Position numbers and translations under genes: made by a program
In this document: piece by piece, positions 1-11,394 of the stretch
How the letters are laid out: each line of letters begins with the position of its first letter
Position numbering within the stretch: position 1 is the stretch's first letter
The notes under the pieces: generated by a model
Databases searched by the model: none
What the model saw: the letters and a program-made list of their open reading frames with translations, nothing else
What the model was told of the DNA's origin: nothing
Origin: Gammaproteobacteria bacterium
Lineage (GTDB): Bacteria > Pseudomonadota > Gammaproteobacteria > SpSt-1174
NCBI GenBank assembly: GCA_033839185.1
Contig: JAJLKJ010000026.1
Coordinates: 1 to 44,973 of the forward strand
DNA length: 44,973 nt
Direction of reading: 5' to 3'

Positions 1-42
1 TCCTGTCAATCCGCTTATATCCTGTCCATCCTGTCCATTCAT
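1..42 (-). CDS. Possible 5' end of a gene running off the window edge (MNGQDGQDISGLTG...), resembling GxxExxY-family N-termini
   Basis: ATG at 42-40 gives 14 open codons to the edge, with GACAGGAT repeats. Too short to confirm. Confidence 0.3.
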   Translation of the reverse strand, partial: MNGQDGQDISGLTG

Positions 43-101
43 TTCTCTGCGTTTTCGTCCTGGCGGGAGAACCACCTTTCGCCCTCCACTGGATATAGGC
101 C

Positions 102-133
102 AAAAAAAAAAAGGGTGCCGGAGGCACCCTTTT
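102..133 (-). terminator. Intrinsic terminator after tRNA-Val/tRNA-Asp
   Basis: Stem AAGGGTGCC/GGCACCCTT followed on the minus strand by a long U run (A run at 102-112 on +). Confidence 0.85.
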
Positions 134-138
134 CAACG

Positions 139-215
139 TGGCGGAGTGGACGGGACTCGAACCCGCGACCCCCGGCGTGACAGGCCGGTATTCTAACCAG
201 CTGAACTACCGCTCC
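139..215 (-). tRNA. tRNA-Asp(GUC)
   Basis: GGAGCGGTAGTTCAG...CCTGTCACG...GTTCGAGTCCCGTCCACTCCGCCA; 77 nt with encoded CCA. Confidence 0.97.
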
Positions 216-230
216 TAAACCTTTTTTCTT

Positions 231-306
231 TGGTGGGTGCTGAGAGGCTCGAACTCCCGACATTCGCCTTGTAAGGGCGACGCTCTACCAACTGAGCTAA
301 GCACCC
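231..306 (-). tRNA. tRNA-Val(UAC)
   Basis: GGGTGCTTAGCTCAG...CCCTTACAAGG...GCACCCACCA; 76 nt cloverleaf. Confidence 0.97.
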
Positions 307-322
307 GCGCCGAGAAAGGGCG

Positions 323-595
323 CTAGTTTACGGCATCCTTCAGGGCTTTGCCAGCCTTGAAGCTCGGAACTTTCGACGCCGGGATCTGGATGCTTTCGCC
401 GGTGCGCGGGTTGCGGCCGGTGCGCGCATCACGGGAACGCACGAGGAAGGTGCCAAAACCCACGATGGTGACCTGGTCGTCGCCCTTCATGGCGGTGGTC
501 ACGGCCTCGATGAAACCGTCCAGCGCGCGGCCGGCGTCGGCCTTGGACAGATTGGCATTGCTCGCGATCGCATCAATCAGTTCGGATTTGTTCAT
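323..595 (-). CDS. hupB: DNA-binding protein HU-beta (90 aa)
   Basis: [11 protein letters not shown]...GFGTF...[10 protein letters not shown]...[13 protein letters not shown]; ATG at 595 with AAGGA RBS; follows lon. Confidence 0.97.
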   Translation of the reverse strand: MNKSELIDAIASNANLSKADAGRALDGFIEAVTTAMKGDDQVTIVGFGTFLVRSRDARTGRNPRTGESIQIPASKVPSFKAGKALKDAVN

Positions 596-774
596 TATCG
601 GTTCCTTTAGTCTTGTAATCGATTTTTCAGGGCCACGTGCGTGGCAGGTACTCGAATCGTCCCGGACCGCCGGGTGCAGAGTCCCGGACCGGACATGCGG
701 ACGAATGTCTCGCGGTGGATAGTGAGTTGTTCCCCAAGCCAACCTCGCCGGTGGTACGGCGAAAAAGCCCGGTC

Positions 775-804
775 TTTATACCAAGCGCCTTCGAAAGCTG
801 TCAA
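775..804 (-). promoter_or_regulatory. sigma70-type promoter for hupB
   Basis: TTGACA-18 nt-TATAAA, with TGn extended -10 (TGGTATAAA). Confidence 0.7.
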
Positions 805-829
805 CAAAGCCCCCGTGACGCAACCCGCG

Positions 830-861
830 AAAAACAAGGGCCCTGGCGCTGCCAGGGCCCT
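830..861 (-). terminator. Intrinsic terminator after lon
   Basis: 11-bp stem AGGGCCCTGGC/GCCAGGGCCCT followed by UGUUUUU on the minus strand. Confidence 0.75.
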
Positions 862-885
862 GGTCGGGATGACGGTCACAGCCGC

Positions 886-3330
<2,445 letters not shown>

Positions 3331-3469
3331 GCAATGTCCTCATCAAGACGTGAGGTGAATCCGGACGGCCGCCGACGACGCATCGTCGCGGGGCCGGATG
3401 GTCAGGCACGCGTCATATCGAACCGGGATCGGTATGGGCCCTGGCCTCCGGGTGGAGGCATGTCCCATA

Positions 3470-3497
3470 AGATGGGGCCGACAGACGCCATTTCAAG
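3470..3497 (-). promoter_or_regulatory. sigma32 (RpoH) heat-shock promoter of lon
   Basis: CTTGAAA-13 nt-CCCCATCT, essentially the RpoH consensus. Confidence 0.85.
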
Positions 3498-3553
3498 CCG
3501 GCGCAGGAACGCCGGGCGGCCCGACCCGCCAGGGGGCCGGTCGGACCCCAGAC

Positions 3554-4831
3554 TCAGTCTGCCGCTGCCTTCTGCTGGTACTCCGTGCCCTCGTAGATGA
3601 GGTAGGGCTTCGCGTCGCCGCGGATCACCGCCTCGTCCACGACCACACGGCTCACGTCCTCCGCCGACGGCAGGTCGTACATGGTGTCGAGCAGGACGTG
3701 CTCGAGGATGGTGCGCAGGCCACGGGCGCCGGTCTTGCGCTCCATCGCCTTGCGGGCGATGCCATGCAGCGCGTCGTCGCGGAACTCCAGCTCCACGCCC
3801 TCCATGTCGAAGAGCTTCTGGTACTGCTTGGTGAGCGCGTTCTTGGGCTCGCTGAGGATGCGCACCAGGGCCTCCTCGTCGAGTTCCTCGAGGGTGGCGA
3901 CCACCGGCAGGCGCCCCACGAACTCGGGGATCAGGCCATAGCGGATCAGGTCTTCCGGCTCCACCTCATGCAGCACCTGTCCGACCGGGCGCTTCTGCGA
4001 CTTGCTCTTCACCTCGGCCGAAAAGCCGATGCCGCTCTTCTCGGTGCGATCCAGGATCACCTTGTCGAGGCCGGCGAAGGCGCCGCCGACGATGAACAGG
4101 ATGTTCGAGGTATCCACCTGCAGGAACTCCTGCTGGGGATGCTTGCGGCCGCCCTGCGGCGGCACCGAGGCAACGGTACCCTCGATCAGCTTGAGCAGGG
4201 CCTGCTGCACGCCCTCGCCCGAGACGTCACGGGTGATCGAGGGGTTGTCGGACTTGCGCGAGATCTTGTCGATCTCGTCGATGTAGACGATGCCCGTCTG
4301 GGCCTTCTCCACATCGTAGTCGCACTTCTGCAGCAGCTTCTGGATGATGTTCTCCACATCCTCGCCCACGTAGCCGGCCTCGGTCAGCGTGGTGGCGTCG
4401 GCGATGGTGAACGGCACGTTGAGCAGGCGCGCGAGGGTCTCGGCCAGCAGGGTCTTGCCGGAGCCGGTCGGACCGATCAGCAGGATGTTGCTCTTGGCCA
4501 GCTCCACCTCGTCCCTGGCGCCACGGGATTCCAGGCGCTTGTAGTGGTTGTACACGGCCACAGACAGCACCTTCTTGGCGCGGTCCTGGCCGATCACGTA
4601 CTCGTCGAGGATGGCGCGGATCTCGTGGGGCTTGGGCAGCTTGTTGCCTGCGGTCGTGGTCTGCTCCTGCATCTCCTCGCGAATGATGTCATTGCAGAGT
4701 TCGACGCATTCGTCGCAGATGAAGACCGAGGGTCCGGCGATCAGCTTGCGTACTTCATGCTGGCTCTTCCCGCAGAAGGAACAGTACAGCAGTTTTCCGT
4801 TGTCCTGATCGTTGTGCTTGTCGTCGCTCAT
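3554..4831 (-). CDS. clpX: ATP-dependent Clp protease ATPase subunit ClpX
   Basis: CSFCGK...ICDECV zinc finger, [11 protein letters not shown] loop; ATG at 4831 preferred. Confidence 0.99.
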   Translation of the reverse strand: MSDDKHNDQDNGKLLYCSFCGKSQHEVRKLIAGPSVFICDECVELCNDIIREEMQEQTTTAGNKLPKPHEIRAILDEYVIGQDRAKKVLSVAVYNHYKRLESRGARDEVELAKSNILLIGPTGSGKTLLAETLARLLNVPFTIADATTLTEAGYVGEDVENIIQKLLQKCDYDVEKAQTGIVYIDEIDKISRKSDNPSITRDVSGEGVQQALLKLIEGTVASVPPQGGRKHPQQEFLQVDTSNILFIVGGAFAGLDKVILDRTEKSGIGFSAEVKSKSQKRPVGQVLHEVEPEDLIRYGLIPEFVGRLPVVATLEELDEEALVRILSEPKNALTKQYQKLFDMEGVELEFRDDALHGIARKAMERKTGARGLRTILEHVLLDTMYDLPSAEDVSRVVVDEAVIRGDAKPYLIYEGTEYQQKAAAD

Positions 4832-5019
4832 CGACAATCCCCAATAATGCGATTTGATTACACATTGCCCGTTTTGGGCTGATTATGCAAGCCGATAAAC
4901 GGCGCGGGAATTCGCGCTTTTCCTGAAGAAAAGGATAGTCCAGGGATGGGAAATCTGCCCGTTTCCGGGCGGATGGGAAGGGGGGGGCGGCCACCAGGGT
5001 GGTCGCCCCCTCGCCGGGC

Positions 5020-5652
5020 CTAGCCGCGGTCGGTCAGGACCTTGTCGACCAGGCCGTACTCCACCGCTTCTTCGCCACTCATGAAGCGGTCACGGTCGGT
5101 ATCCTGGGCGATGCGCTCCACCGGCTGCCCGGTGTGGCGGGCCAGGACCATGTTCAGCTGCTCGCGGATCTTGAGGATCTCGCGGGCGTGGATGTCGATA
5201 TCCGAGGCCTGCCCCTGGAAACCGCCCAGCGGCTGATGGATCATCACCCGCGAGTGCGGCAGGCAGTAGCGCTTGCCCTTCTCGCCCGCGGTGAGCAGCA
5301 CGGCACCCATACTGGCCGCCTGGCCGACACACATGGTGCTCACGTTCGGCTTGATGAACTGCATGGTGTCGTAGATCGCCATGCCGGCCGTCACCGAACC
5401 ACCCGGGGAGTTGATGTAGATGTTGATGTCCTTGTCCGGGTTCTCGGATTCCAGGAACAGGAGCTGGGCCACGATCAGGTTCGCCATCTGGTCCTCGATG
5501 GGGCCGACGATGAACACCACGCGCTCCTTGAGCAGGCGCGAATAGATGTCGTAGGCACGCTCGCCGCGCGCCGTCTGCTCCACCACCATGGGCACCAGGT
5601 TCAGCGCCCGGGTGTCGAGCGCGCCGGCACCACCCTTGAGGAAGTCATTCAT
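5020..5652 (-). CDS. clpP: Clp protease proteolytic subunit ClpP
   Basis: DIYSRLL, YINSPGG, QAASMG (catalytic Ser), MIHQP. Confidence 0.99.
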   Translation of the reverse strand: MNDFLKGGAGALDTRALNLVPMVVEQTARGERAYDIYSRLLKERVVFIVGPIEDQMANLIVAQLLFLESENPDKDINIYINSPGGSVTAGMAIYDTMQFIKPNVSTMCVGQAASMGAVLLTAGEKGKRYCLPHSRVMIHQPLGGFQGQASDIDIHAREILKIREQLNMVLARHTGQPVERIAQDTDRDRFMSGEEAVEYGLVDKVLTDRG

Positions 5653-5655
5653 GGC

Positions 5656-6966
5656 TTATTCGGCTCCTTTCTGCGGGTTCATGAGGCTGTCGAAGTCCGT
5701 CTTCTCTTCCGAGACCTTGGCCTTGCCGAGTACCCAGTCGACCACCTGCTCTTCCAGCACCATGGCCTCCAGGCCGTTCATGGCCTGGCGGTTGCTGCGG
5801 TAGAACTGCTCGACCTGCTCCGGATCCTCGTAGCTGGCGGCGAACTCCTTGATCTTCGCCTCCACCTTATCACGATCCAGCTTGATGTCATTCCTGCGCA
5901 CGACCTCGCCGATGATGAGACCGAGGCTCACCCGCTTGCGGGCCTCACCCTCGAACAGTTCGTCCGGGAACATGGCGGGATTCACGCCCTGCGCACCGCC
6001 CATCTGCGCGGTGGTCTGCTCGCGCATGCGCTGGATCTCTTCCTTCACCAGGGCCTCGGGCATGGGCACGTCGTTGCTGTCGAACAGGCCGTCCATCACC
6101 TGCTGCTTGATCCGGCCGCTGATCGCCTGTTCCAGCTCGCGCTCCATGTTCTTGCGCACCTCGGTACGGAAGGCCTCGATCCCGCCGTCGGTGATACCGA
6201 ACTGCTGGATGAATTCATCCGTCACCTCCGGCAGCTGCGGCTCGGCCACTTCCTTCACCTTGATCTTGAACTGGGTGTTCTGGCCCTTGAGCTGCTCGGC
6301 GTGGTAGTCGTCCGGGAACTTCACGTCCAGGGTCTTCTCCTCGCCGGGCTGGAGACCCACGAGCTGACTCTCCAGCGACTCGATCAGGCGGCCGCTGCCG
6401 AGTTCGACCGGGGCGTTCTCGGCCTTGCCACCCTCGAAGGCCTCGCCGTCGATGAAGCCTTCGTAGTCGATGGTGATGCGGTCGCCATCCTGCGAGGCGC
6501 GCTCCACGGCGACGAATTCCTTACGCTGCTGGCGCAGGTTGTCGATCATCTTGTCGATATCGGCCTCGGTCACCTCGGCCACCGGGCGGGTCACCTCCAG
6601 GGCATCCACCGCGGCCACCTCGAACTCGGGATAGACCTCGAACTTCGCCACGTAGGACAGCGGCTTGCCGGGCTGGGCGTCCATGGACTCGATCTCGGGG
6701 CTGCCGGCCGGGCGCAGCTTCTCCTGCACCACCGCCTCCTGGAAGGAGGACTGGAGCACATAGCCCACCACCTCGTTGAAGACCTCCTTGCCGAAACGCT
6801 GCTTCACCACCTTGAAGGGCACCTTGCCGGGACGGAAGCCGTCGATGCGCACGCGGCCGGACATGGACTTGAGGCGCTGTTCGACTTCCTGGTCGATGCG
6901 CTCCGCCGGCACTTCGACGGTGATCTTGCGCTCGATCGCGCTGGGGGATTCCACGGAAACTTGCAT
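5656..6966 (-). CDS. tig: Trigger factor
   Basis: GFRPGKVP ribosome-binding motif, FKBP domain (IDYEGFIDGEAFEGG); upstream of clpP. Confidence 0.98.
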   Translation of the reverse strand: MQVSVESPSAIERKITVEVPAERIDQEVEQRLKSMSGRVRIDGFRPGKVPFKVVKQRFGKEVFNEVVGYVLQSSFQEAVVQEKLRPAGSPEIESMDAQPGKPLSYVAKFEVYPEFEVAAVDALEVTRPVAEVTEADIDKMIDNLRQQRKEFVAVERASQDGDRITIDYEGFIDGEAFEGGKAENAPVELGSGRLIESLESQLVGLQPGEEKTLDVKFPDDYHAEQLKGQNTQFKIKVKEVAEPQLPEVTDEFIQQFGITDGGIEAFRTEVRKNMERELEQAISGRIKQQVMDGLFDSNDVPMPEALVKEEIQRMREQTTAQMGGAQGVNPAMFPDELFEGEARKRVSLGLIIGEVVRRNDIKLDRDKVEAKIKEFAASYEDPEQVEQFYRSNRQAMNGLEAMVLEEQVVDWVLGKAKVSEEKTDFDSLMNPQKGAE

Positions 6967-7068
6967 GGCAAAGATACCTCTGGGGATGCTCGATTACTGA
7001 AAATTCTTACGTTATCAACTGCTTGCGCCTCGGTCGCGATGGGTCACCGCTACCCGGGCACGCCTGTC

Positions 7069-7153
7069 TGGTGCGAAAGGAGAGACTCGAACTCTCACGG
7101 GTTGCCCCACTGGAACCTAAATCCAGCGCGTCTACCAGTTCCGCCACTTTCGC
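7069..7153 (-). tRNA. tRNA-Leu(UAG)
   Basis: GCGAAAGTGGCGGAA...GATTTAGGTTC, long variable arm, ...CTTTCGCACCA; 85 nt. Confidence 0.96.
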
Positions 7154-7235
7154 CGCAAGGCCCGTCTGGCGGGCGTAAACGGGTCATTATACATTGCCCG
7201 CGGGGCAACACCCAGTCACGGGATGCATAAACGAC

Positions 7236-7259
7236 GAAAGCCGCCCGAAGGCGGCTTTC
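7236..7259. terminator. Terminator-like hairpin after the Pro-Arg-His-Lys tRNA operon
   Basis: GAAAGCCGCC-CGAA-GGCGGCTTTC (UUCG loop on the minus strand). Confidence 0.75.
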
Positions 7260-7266
7260 TGTTTTA

Positions 7267-7342
7267 TGGTGGGCCGTCAGGGATTCGAACCCCGGACCTA
7301 CTGATTAAGAGTCAGCTGCTCTACCAACTGAGCTAACGGCCC
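7267..7342 (-). tRNA. tRNA-Lys(CUU)
   Basis: GGGCCGTTAGCTCAG...GACTCTTAATC...CGGCCCACCA. Confidence 0.96.
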
Positions 7343-7360
7343 TGAAACTTCAGGAAATAA

Positions 7361-7437
7361 TGGGGTGGATGATGGGACTCGAACCCACGACGACTGGAAT
7401 CACAATCCAGGGCTCTACCAACTGAGCTACACCCACC
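7361..7437 (-). tRNA. tRNA-His(GUG)
   Basis: G-1 present, anticodon arm GATTGTGATTC, C73 discriminator (...CACCCCA). Confidence 0.96.
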
Positions 7438-7487
7438 ATCGAACTGCTACGGGAATCTGCATTCCCTCCCGCCGGGCAGACCGGAAA

Positions 7488-7564
7488 TGGCACGCCCGGC
7501 AGGACTCGAACCTGCAACCTACGGCTTAGAAGGCCGTTGCTCTATCCGGTTGAGCTACGGGCGC
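7488..7564 (-). tRNA. tRNA-Arg(UCU)
   Basis: GCGCCCGTAGCTCAACCGGATAGAGC...CCTTCTAAGC...GGGCGTGCCA. Confidence 0.96.
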
Positions 7565-7601
7565 AGAGTATGAACTGTGGGACTCGGCCCCTGCCCCGAA
7601 T

Positions 7602-7678
7602 TGGTCGGGGTAGAGGGATTCGAACCCCCGACATCCTGCTCCCAAAGCAGGCGCGCTACCAGACTGCGCTATACCCCG
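7602..7678 (-). tRNA. tRNA-Pro(UGG)
   Basis: CGGGGTATAGCGCAG...GCTTTGGGAGC...CCCCGACCA. Confidence 0.96.
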
Positions 7679-7728
7679 GACGTATCCTGGCACACGCAAA
7701 AAACTGACCAGTGCGGCGCAAGCTGCGC

Positions 7729-7757
7729 ATCATACGCAAGCACCCCGCCCTCGTCAA
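7729..7757 (-). promoter_or_regulatory. sigma70 promoter of the tRNA operon with a GC-rich discriminator
   Basis: TTGACG-17 nt-TATGAT-GCGCAGC. Confidence 0.75.
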
Positions 7758-7793
7758 CGCCGGATCGGCGCCGAATTCGAGTGTAGCCGGCGC

Positions 7794-9182
7794 CTATTCC
7801 CGGCGCCAGGTCGTGCCACCGGCGCCGTCCTCCAGCACCACGCCCGCGGCCTTGAGTTCATCGCGGACGCGGTCGGCCTCAGCCCAGTCGCGCCGGGCAC
7901 GCGCGGCGTTGCGGGCCTCGATCAGGGCCTCGATCTCGGCATCCGCCAGCCCCCCGGCCGCGCCGGCCGCACCCCGCAGATAGGCCTCGGGCGCGTCACC
8001 GAGCAGCCCCAGCAGGCCACCCAGCTCGCGCAGGACGGCGCCGACCGCGGCCGCGGCCGCCTCCTCGCCCGCCTCCCGGGCCCGGTTGACCTCGCGGGCG
8101 AGGTCGAACAGCACCGCCAGGGCCTCGGGGGTGTTGAAGTCGTCCTGCATGGCGGCGTGGAAGCGCTCGCGGGCGGCCGGCAGCTCGGCGGGCGCCGCCG
8201 CCGGCAGGCCGCGCAGGGCGGTGTAGAGGCGGGTGAGCGCGCCACGGGCGTTGTCCAGCTGGGCGTCGGCATAGTTCAGCGGACTGCGGTAGTGGCTGGT
8301 GAGGATGAAGTAGCGCACCTCCTCCGGCCGGTAGCGCTCCAGGATCTCGCGCACGGTGAAGAAATTGCCCAGCGACTTGGACATCTTCTCCTCGTTGATG
8401 CGCACGAAGCCGTTGTGCATCCAGTAATTGACGAAGTGCTCGCCGGTACAGGCCTCGCTCTGCGCGATCTCGTTCTCGTGGTGCGGGAACTGCAGGTCCT
8501 GGCCGCCGCCGTGGATGTCGAAGTGGTTGCCCAGCAGCTGCGTGGACATCGCCGAACACTCGATGTGCCAGCCGGGACGGCCCTCTCCCCAGGGCGAGGC
8601 CCAGCTCGGCTCGCCCGGCTTGGCCGCCTTCCACAGCACGAAGTCCAGCGGATCGCGCTTGATCTCGCCCACCTCGACGCGGGCGCCGGCCCGCAGATCC
8701 TCCAGCCGCTTGCCGGAGAGCCGGCCATAGGCGTCGAACCGGTGCACGTCGTAGTACACGTCGCCATTCGCCGCCACGTAGGCGTAGCCCTTCTCGATCA
8801 GGGTCTCGATCATGGCGAGGATGGCGTCGATGTTGTCGGTGGCCCGCGGCTCGTGGGTGGGCGGCAGCACGCCGAGCGCCGTGGCGTCTTCGTGCATGGC
8901 CTCGATGAAGCGCCCGGTCAGCGCGCCGATGAGCTCGCCGTTTTCGTTGGCGCGCTTGATGATCTTGTCGTCGATGTCGGTGACGTTGCGTACATAGGTC
9001 ACCTCCAGCCCCAGGGCCTGCAGGTAGCGGTAGACGATGTCGAACACCACCAGCACCCGCGCATGGCCGAGATGGCAGTAGTCGTACACGGTCATGCCGC
9101 AGACATACATCCGCACCTTGCCGGGATCGATGGGCGTGAAGGTCTCTTTGCTGCGCGTGAGGCTGTTGAAGATCTGCAACAT
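7794..9182 (-). CDS. cysS: Cysteine--tRNA ligase
   Basis: [33 protein letters not shown]. Confidence 0.99.
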   Translation of the reverse strand: MLQIFNSLTRSKETFTPIDPGKVRMYVCGMTVYDYCHLGHARVLVVFDIVYRYLQALGLEVTYVRNVTDIDDKIIKRANENGELIGALTGRFIEAMHEDATALGVLPPTHEPRATDNIDAILAMIETLIEKGYAYVAANGDVYYDVHRFDAYGRLSGKRLEDLRAGARVEVGEIKRDPLDFVLWKAAKPGEPSWASPWGEGRPGWHIECSAMSTQLLGNHFDIHGGGQDLQFPHHENEIAQSEACTGEHFVNYWMHNGFVRINEEKMSKSLGNFFTVREILERYRPEEVRYFILTSHYRSPLNYADAQLDNARGALTRLYTALRGLPAAAPAELPAARERFHAAMQDDFNTPEALAVLFDLAREVNRAREAGEEAAAAAVGAVLRELGGLLGLLGDAPEAYLRGAAGAAGGLADAEIEALIEARNAARARRDWAEADRVRDELKAAGVVLEDGAGGTTWRRE

Positions 9183-9191
9183 GGTCGGTTC

Positions 9192-10607
9192 TCAGGCTAG
9201 CCAGCGGGCCAGGCGCGCACGCGCCCGTTCCACGCCGATCAGGGGAAACAGCTGGGACATCTCGGGACCGTGGACCTCGCCGGTGAGGGCCGCACGCAGG
9301 GGCATGAAGAGTTCCTTGCCCTTCACGCCAGCGGCCTCGCCCACGGCCCGGGCATAGGCGCGGAAATCGTCGGCCTCCCCGGGCAGGGCCTCGATGGCGG
9401 CAGCGAACAGGCCGCCCGCGGTGCGCTCGATCACCTCGCGGGCCTCGGCCGAGGGCGCGAGCGCGTCGTCACACACGACACCGACCCAGCGGCGGGCGTC
9501 TGCCGGCAGCGTCACATTGTCACGCACGGCCTGCAGAAAGGCCGGCCGCTCGCCCGCCGGGAGGCGGTCCAGCCCCGCATCGGACTGCGACAGCCAGTCG
9601 AGCATGGCCGCGTCATCCAGGGCCGCGACTGCCTGCTGCTGGCGATGCCGCAGCTGTGCCGCGTCATGGCGCGCCGCGGCCCGCCCCAGCCGCGCGACAT
9701 CGAAGTTTGCCGCCAGCTCGTCCATGGACATGAAGGCGTCGCTGTCATAGGTGTGGCCGATGCGCGCCAGATGGTTGTTGATGGCCAGCGGCAGGAAACC
9801 CGCTTCGCGCAGACCGCGCACGCTGGCCGAGCCCTCGCGCTTGGAGAGCGGCCCGCCGTTCGGGCCCACGATGAGGGCAATGTGGCCATAGACCGGTGCC
9901 GGCAGACCCAGCGCCTCCAGCAGCAACAGCTGGCGCGGCGTGTTGGTGATGTGGTCCTCGCCGCGCAGCACGTGGGTGACCTCCATCAGCGCATCATCGA
10001 TGGCGTTGGTGAAGAAGAAGGCCGGGGTGCCATCCGACCGGCGGATGATGAAATCGCCGATGTCGTCGCTGCGATAGGACTGCCGGCCGCGCACCAGGTC
10101 GTCGAACTCGACCACCCGCCCCTTCGGCACCCTGAAGCGCAGCGTGGGCTGGATGCCCTGGGCCTGCTTCGCGGCCGCCTCCTCCGGGGTGAGCCGCGTG
10201 CAGGTACCGGGGTAGCGCGGCGGCTGGCCGGCGGCCAGCTGGCGCTTGCGCACCTGCTTGAGGGCGACGTCCGAACAGAAACAGGGGTAGGCCAGGCCGG
10301 CGTCGATCAGCTGGTGGTAATAGCGGTCATAGATCGCGTGGCGTTCGGACTGCAGGTAGGGGCCATGCGCGCCCCCTGCCTCGGGCCCCTCCTGCCAGTC
10401 GAGCCCCAGCCAGCGCAGGTCGGCCTGCAGGGCCAGGCGATGGTCCTCGTGGCTGCGGGCCTGGTCGGTGTCCTCGATGCGCAGCAGAAAGCAGCCCCCC
10501 GTCTTGCGGGCCAGCAGGACGTTGAACAGCGCCGTACGCACGTTGCCGAGGTGGATCTCACCGGTGGGGCTGGGCGCGAAGCGTGTCTTGGCGGGGGTGG
10601 CTGGCAT
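9192..10607 (-). CDS. gltX: Glutamate--tRNA ligase paralog (GluRS2-like)
   Basis: [35 protein letters not shown] and a full anticodon-binding domain (so not the short GluQ); ATG at 10607. Confidence 0.92.
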   Translation of the reverse strand: MPATPAKTRFAPSPTGEIHLGNVRTALFNVLLARKTGGCFLLRIEDTDQARSHEDHRLALQADLRWLGLDWQEGPEAGGAHGPYLQSERHAIYDRYYHQLIDAGLAYPCFCSDVALKQVRKRQLAAGQPPRYPGTCTRLTPEEAAAKQAQGIQPTLRFRVPKGRVVEFDDLVRGRQSYRSDDIGDFIIRRSDGTPAFFFTNAIDDALMEVTHVLRGEDHITNTPRQLLLLEALGLPAPVYGHIALIVGPNGGPLSKREGSASVRGLREAGFLPLAINNHLARIGHTYDSDAFMSMDELAANFDVARLGRAAARHDAAQLRHRQQQAVAALDDAAMLDWLSQSDAGLDRLPAGERPAFLQAVRDNVTLPADARRWVGVVCDDALAPSAEAREVIERTAGGLFAAAIEALPGEADDFRAYARAVGEAAGVKGKELFMPLRAALTGEVHGPEMSQLFPLIGVERARARLARWLA

Positions 10608-10646
10608 GGCGCGAATGGTAACGGAATCACCGCAGCCGGACAAAAG

Positions 10647-10655
10647 TTATCCACA
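10647..10655 (+). promoter_or_regulatory. Consensus DnaA box TTATCCACA
   Basis: Exact 9-mer in the short divergent gltX/ppi intergenic region; single copy. Confidence 0.4.
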
Positions 10656-10731
10656 TGCACCGCGCACGGGTTGGACTCGCCGGCGCCGCCCTCTTATCAT
10701 GCCGCTTTCCACTTCAAACGGCTGCGTAATC

Positions 10732-11313
10732 ATGAAGACCATCACACGTCTGGGCATCGCGCTGCTTTTTCTCATCGTTTCCGCAGGGGCCTACGCCATG
10801 AATGACTCCACCAACCCCACCGTCACCCTCGACACCAACAAGGGCAAGATCGTCATCGAGCTCTACCCGGACAAGGCGCCGGAGACGGTGGCGAACTTCA
10901 TCCAGTACGCCGAGGACGGCTTCTACGACGGCACCATCTTCCACCGCGTGATCCCCAACTTCATGATCCAGGGCGGCGGCTTCACCGTGGACATGGAACA
11001 GAAGGCCACCCGTGCCGAGATCCGCAACGAGGCCAGCAACGGCCTGAAGAACGTGACCGGCTCCATCGCCATGGCCCGCACCCCGAACCCGCATTCGGCC
11101 ACGGCCCAGTTCTTCATCAACGTGAAGGACAACGACTTCCTGAACTTCACCAGCGAGACCCAGCAGGGCTGGGGCTATTGCGTGTTCGGCCAGGTGGTCG
11201 AGGGTATGGACGTGGTGAAGCAGATCGAGGGCGTGCGCACCGGCCGCGCCGGCATGCACCAGGACGTACCCATGGAACCGGTGGTCATCGAGAAGGCCAC
11301 GGTCAGCCAGTAA
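10732..11313 (+). CDS. Cyclophilin-type peptidyl-prolyl isomerase with predicted signal peptide (PpiA/PpiB family)
   Basis: [40 protein letters not shown]; N-terminal [22 protein letters not shown]. Confidence 0.95.
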   Translation: MKTITRLGIALLFLIVSAGAYAMNDSTNPTVTLDTNKGKIVIELYPDKAPETVANFIQYAEDGFYDGTIFHRVIPNFMIQGGGFTVDMEQKATRAEIRNEASNGLKNVTGSIAMARTPNPHSATAQFFINVKDNDFLNFTSETQQGWGYCVFGQVVEGMDVVKQIEGVRTGRAGMHQDVPMEPVVIEKATVSQ

Positions 11314-11326
11314 CCCGCTTCAGGCA

Positions 11327-11354
11327 CAGGGCCGGGCGTTGCCGCCCGGCCTTG
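11327..11354. terminator. Hairpin between convergent genes
   Basis: CAGGGCCGGGCG-TTGC-CGCCCGGCCTTG; weak U tracts. Confidence 0.55.
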
Positions 11355-11394
11355 TCATCCATTCCTGCCGCAGGGGCAGGCTGCCGATACCCTC

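Noticed and set aside
39-263. 74-aa ORF over the tRNAs (also 7577-7786 and 43272-43703)
   Set aside because: These are translations of tRNA genes.
4953-5010. Two GC-rich hairpins between clpP and clpX as a REP element or ncRNA
   Set aside because: Not repeated elsewhere in the window and no good U tract; probably an ordinary stability or pause structure.
7069-7678. tRNA clusters as integration sites for an island or prophage
   Set aside because: No integrase, no duplicated tRNA 3' end and no foreign genes adjacent.
9192-10607. GluQ (glutamyl-queuosine tRNA-Asp synthetase)
   Set aside because: At 471 aa with an anticodon-binding domain it is too long; GluQ lacks that domain.
10640-10730. 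Replication origin
   Set aside because: Only one DnaA box, no AT-rich unwinding element and no dnaA/gidA context.
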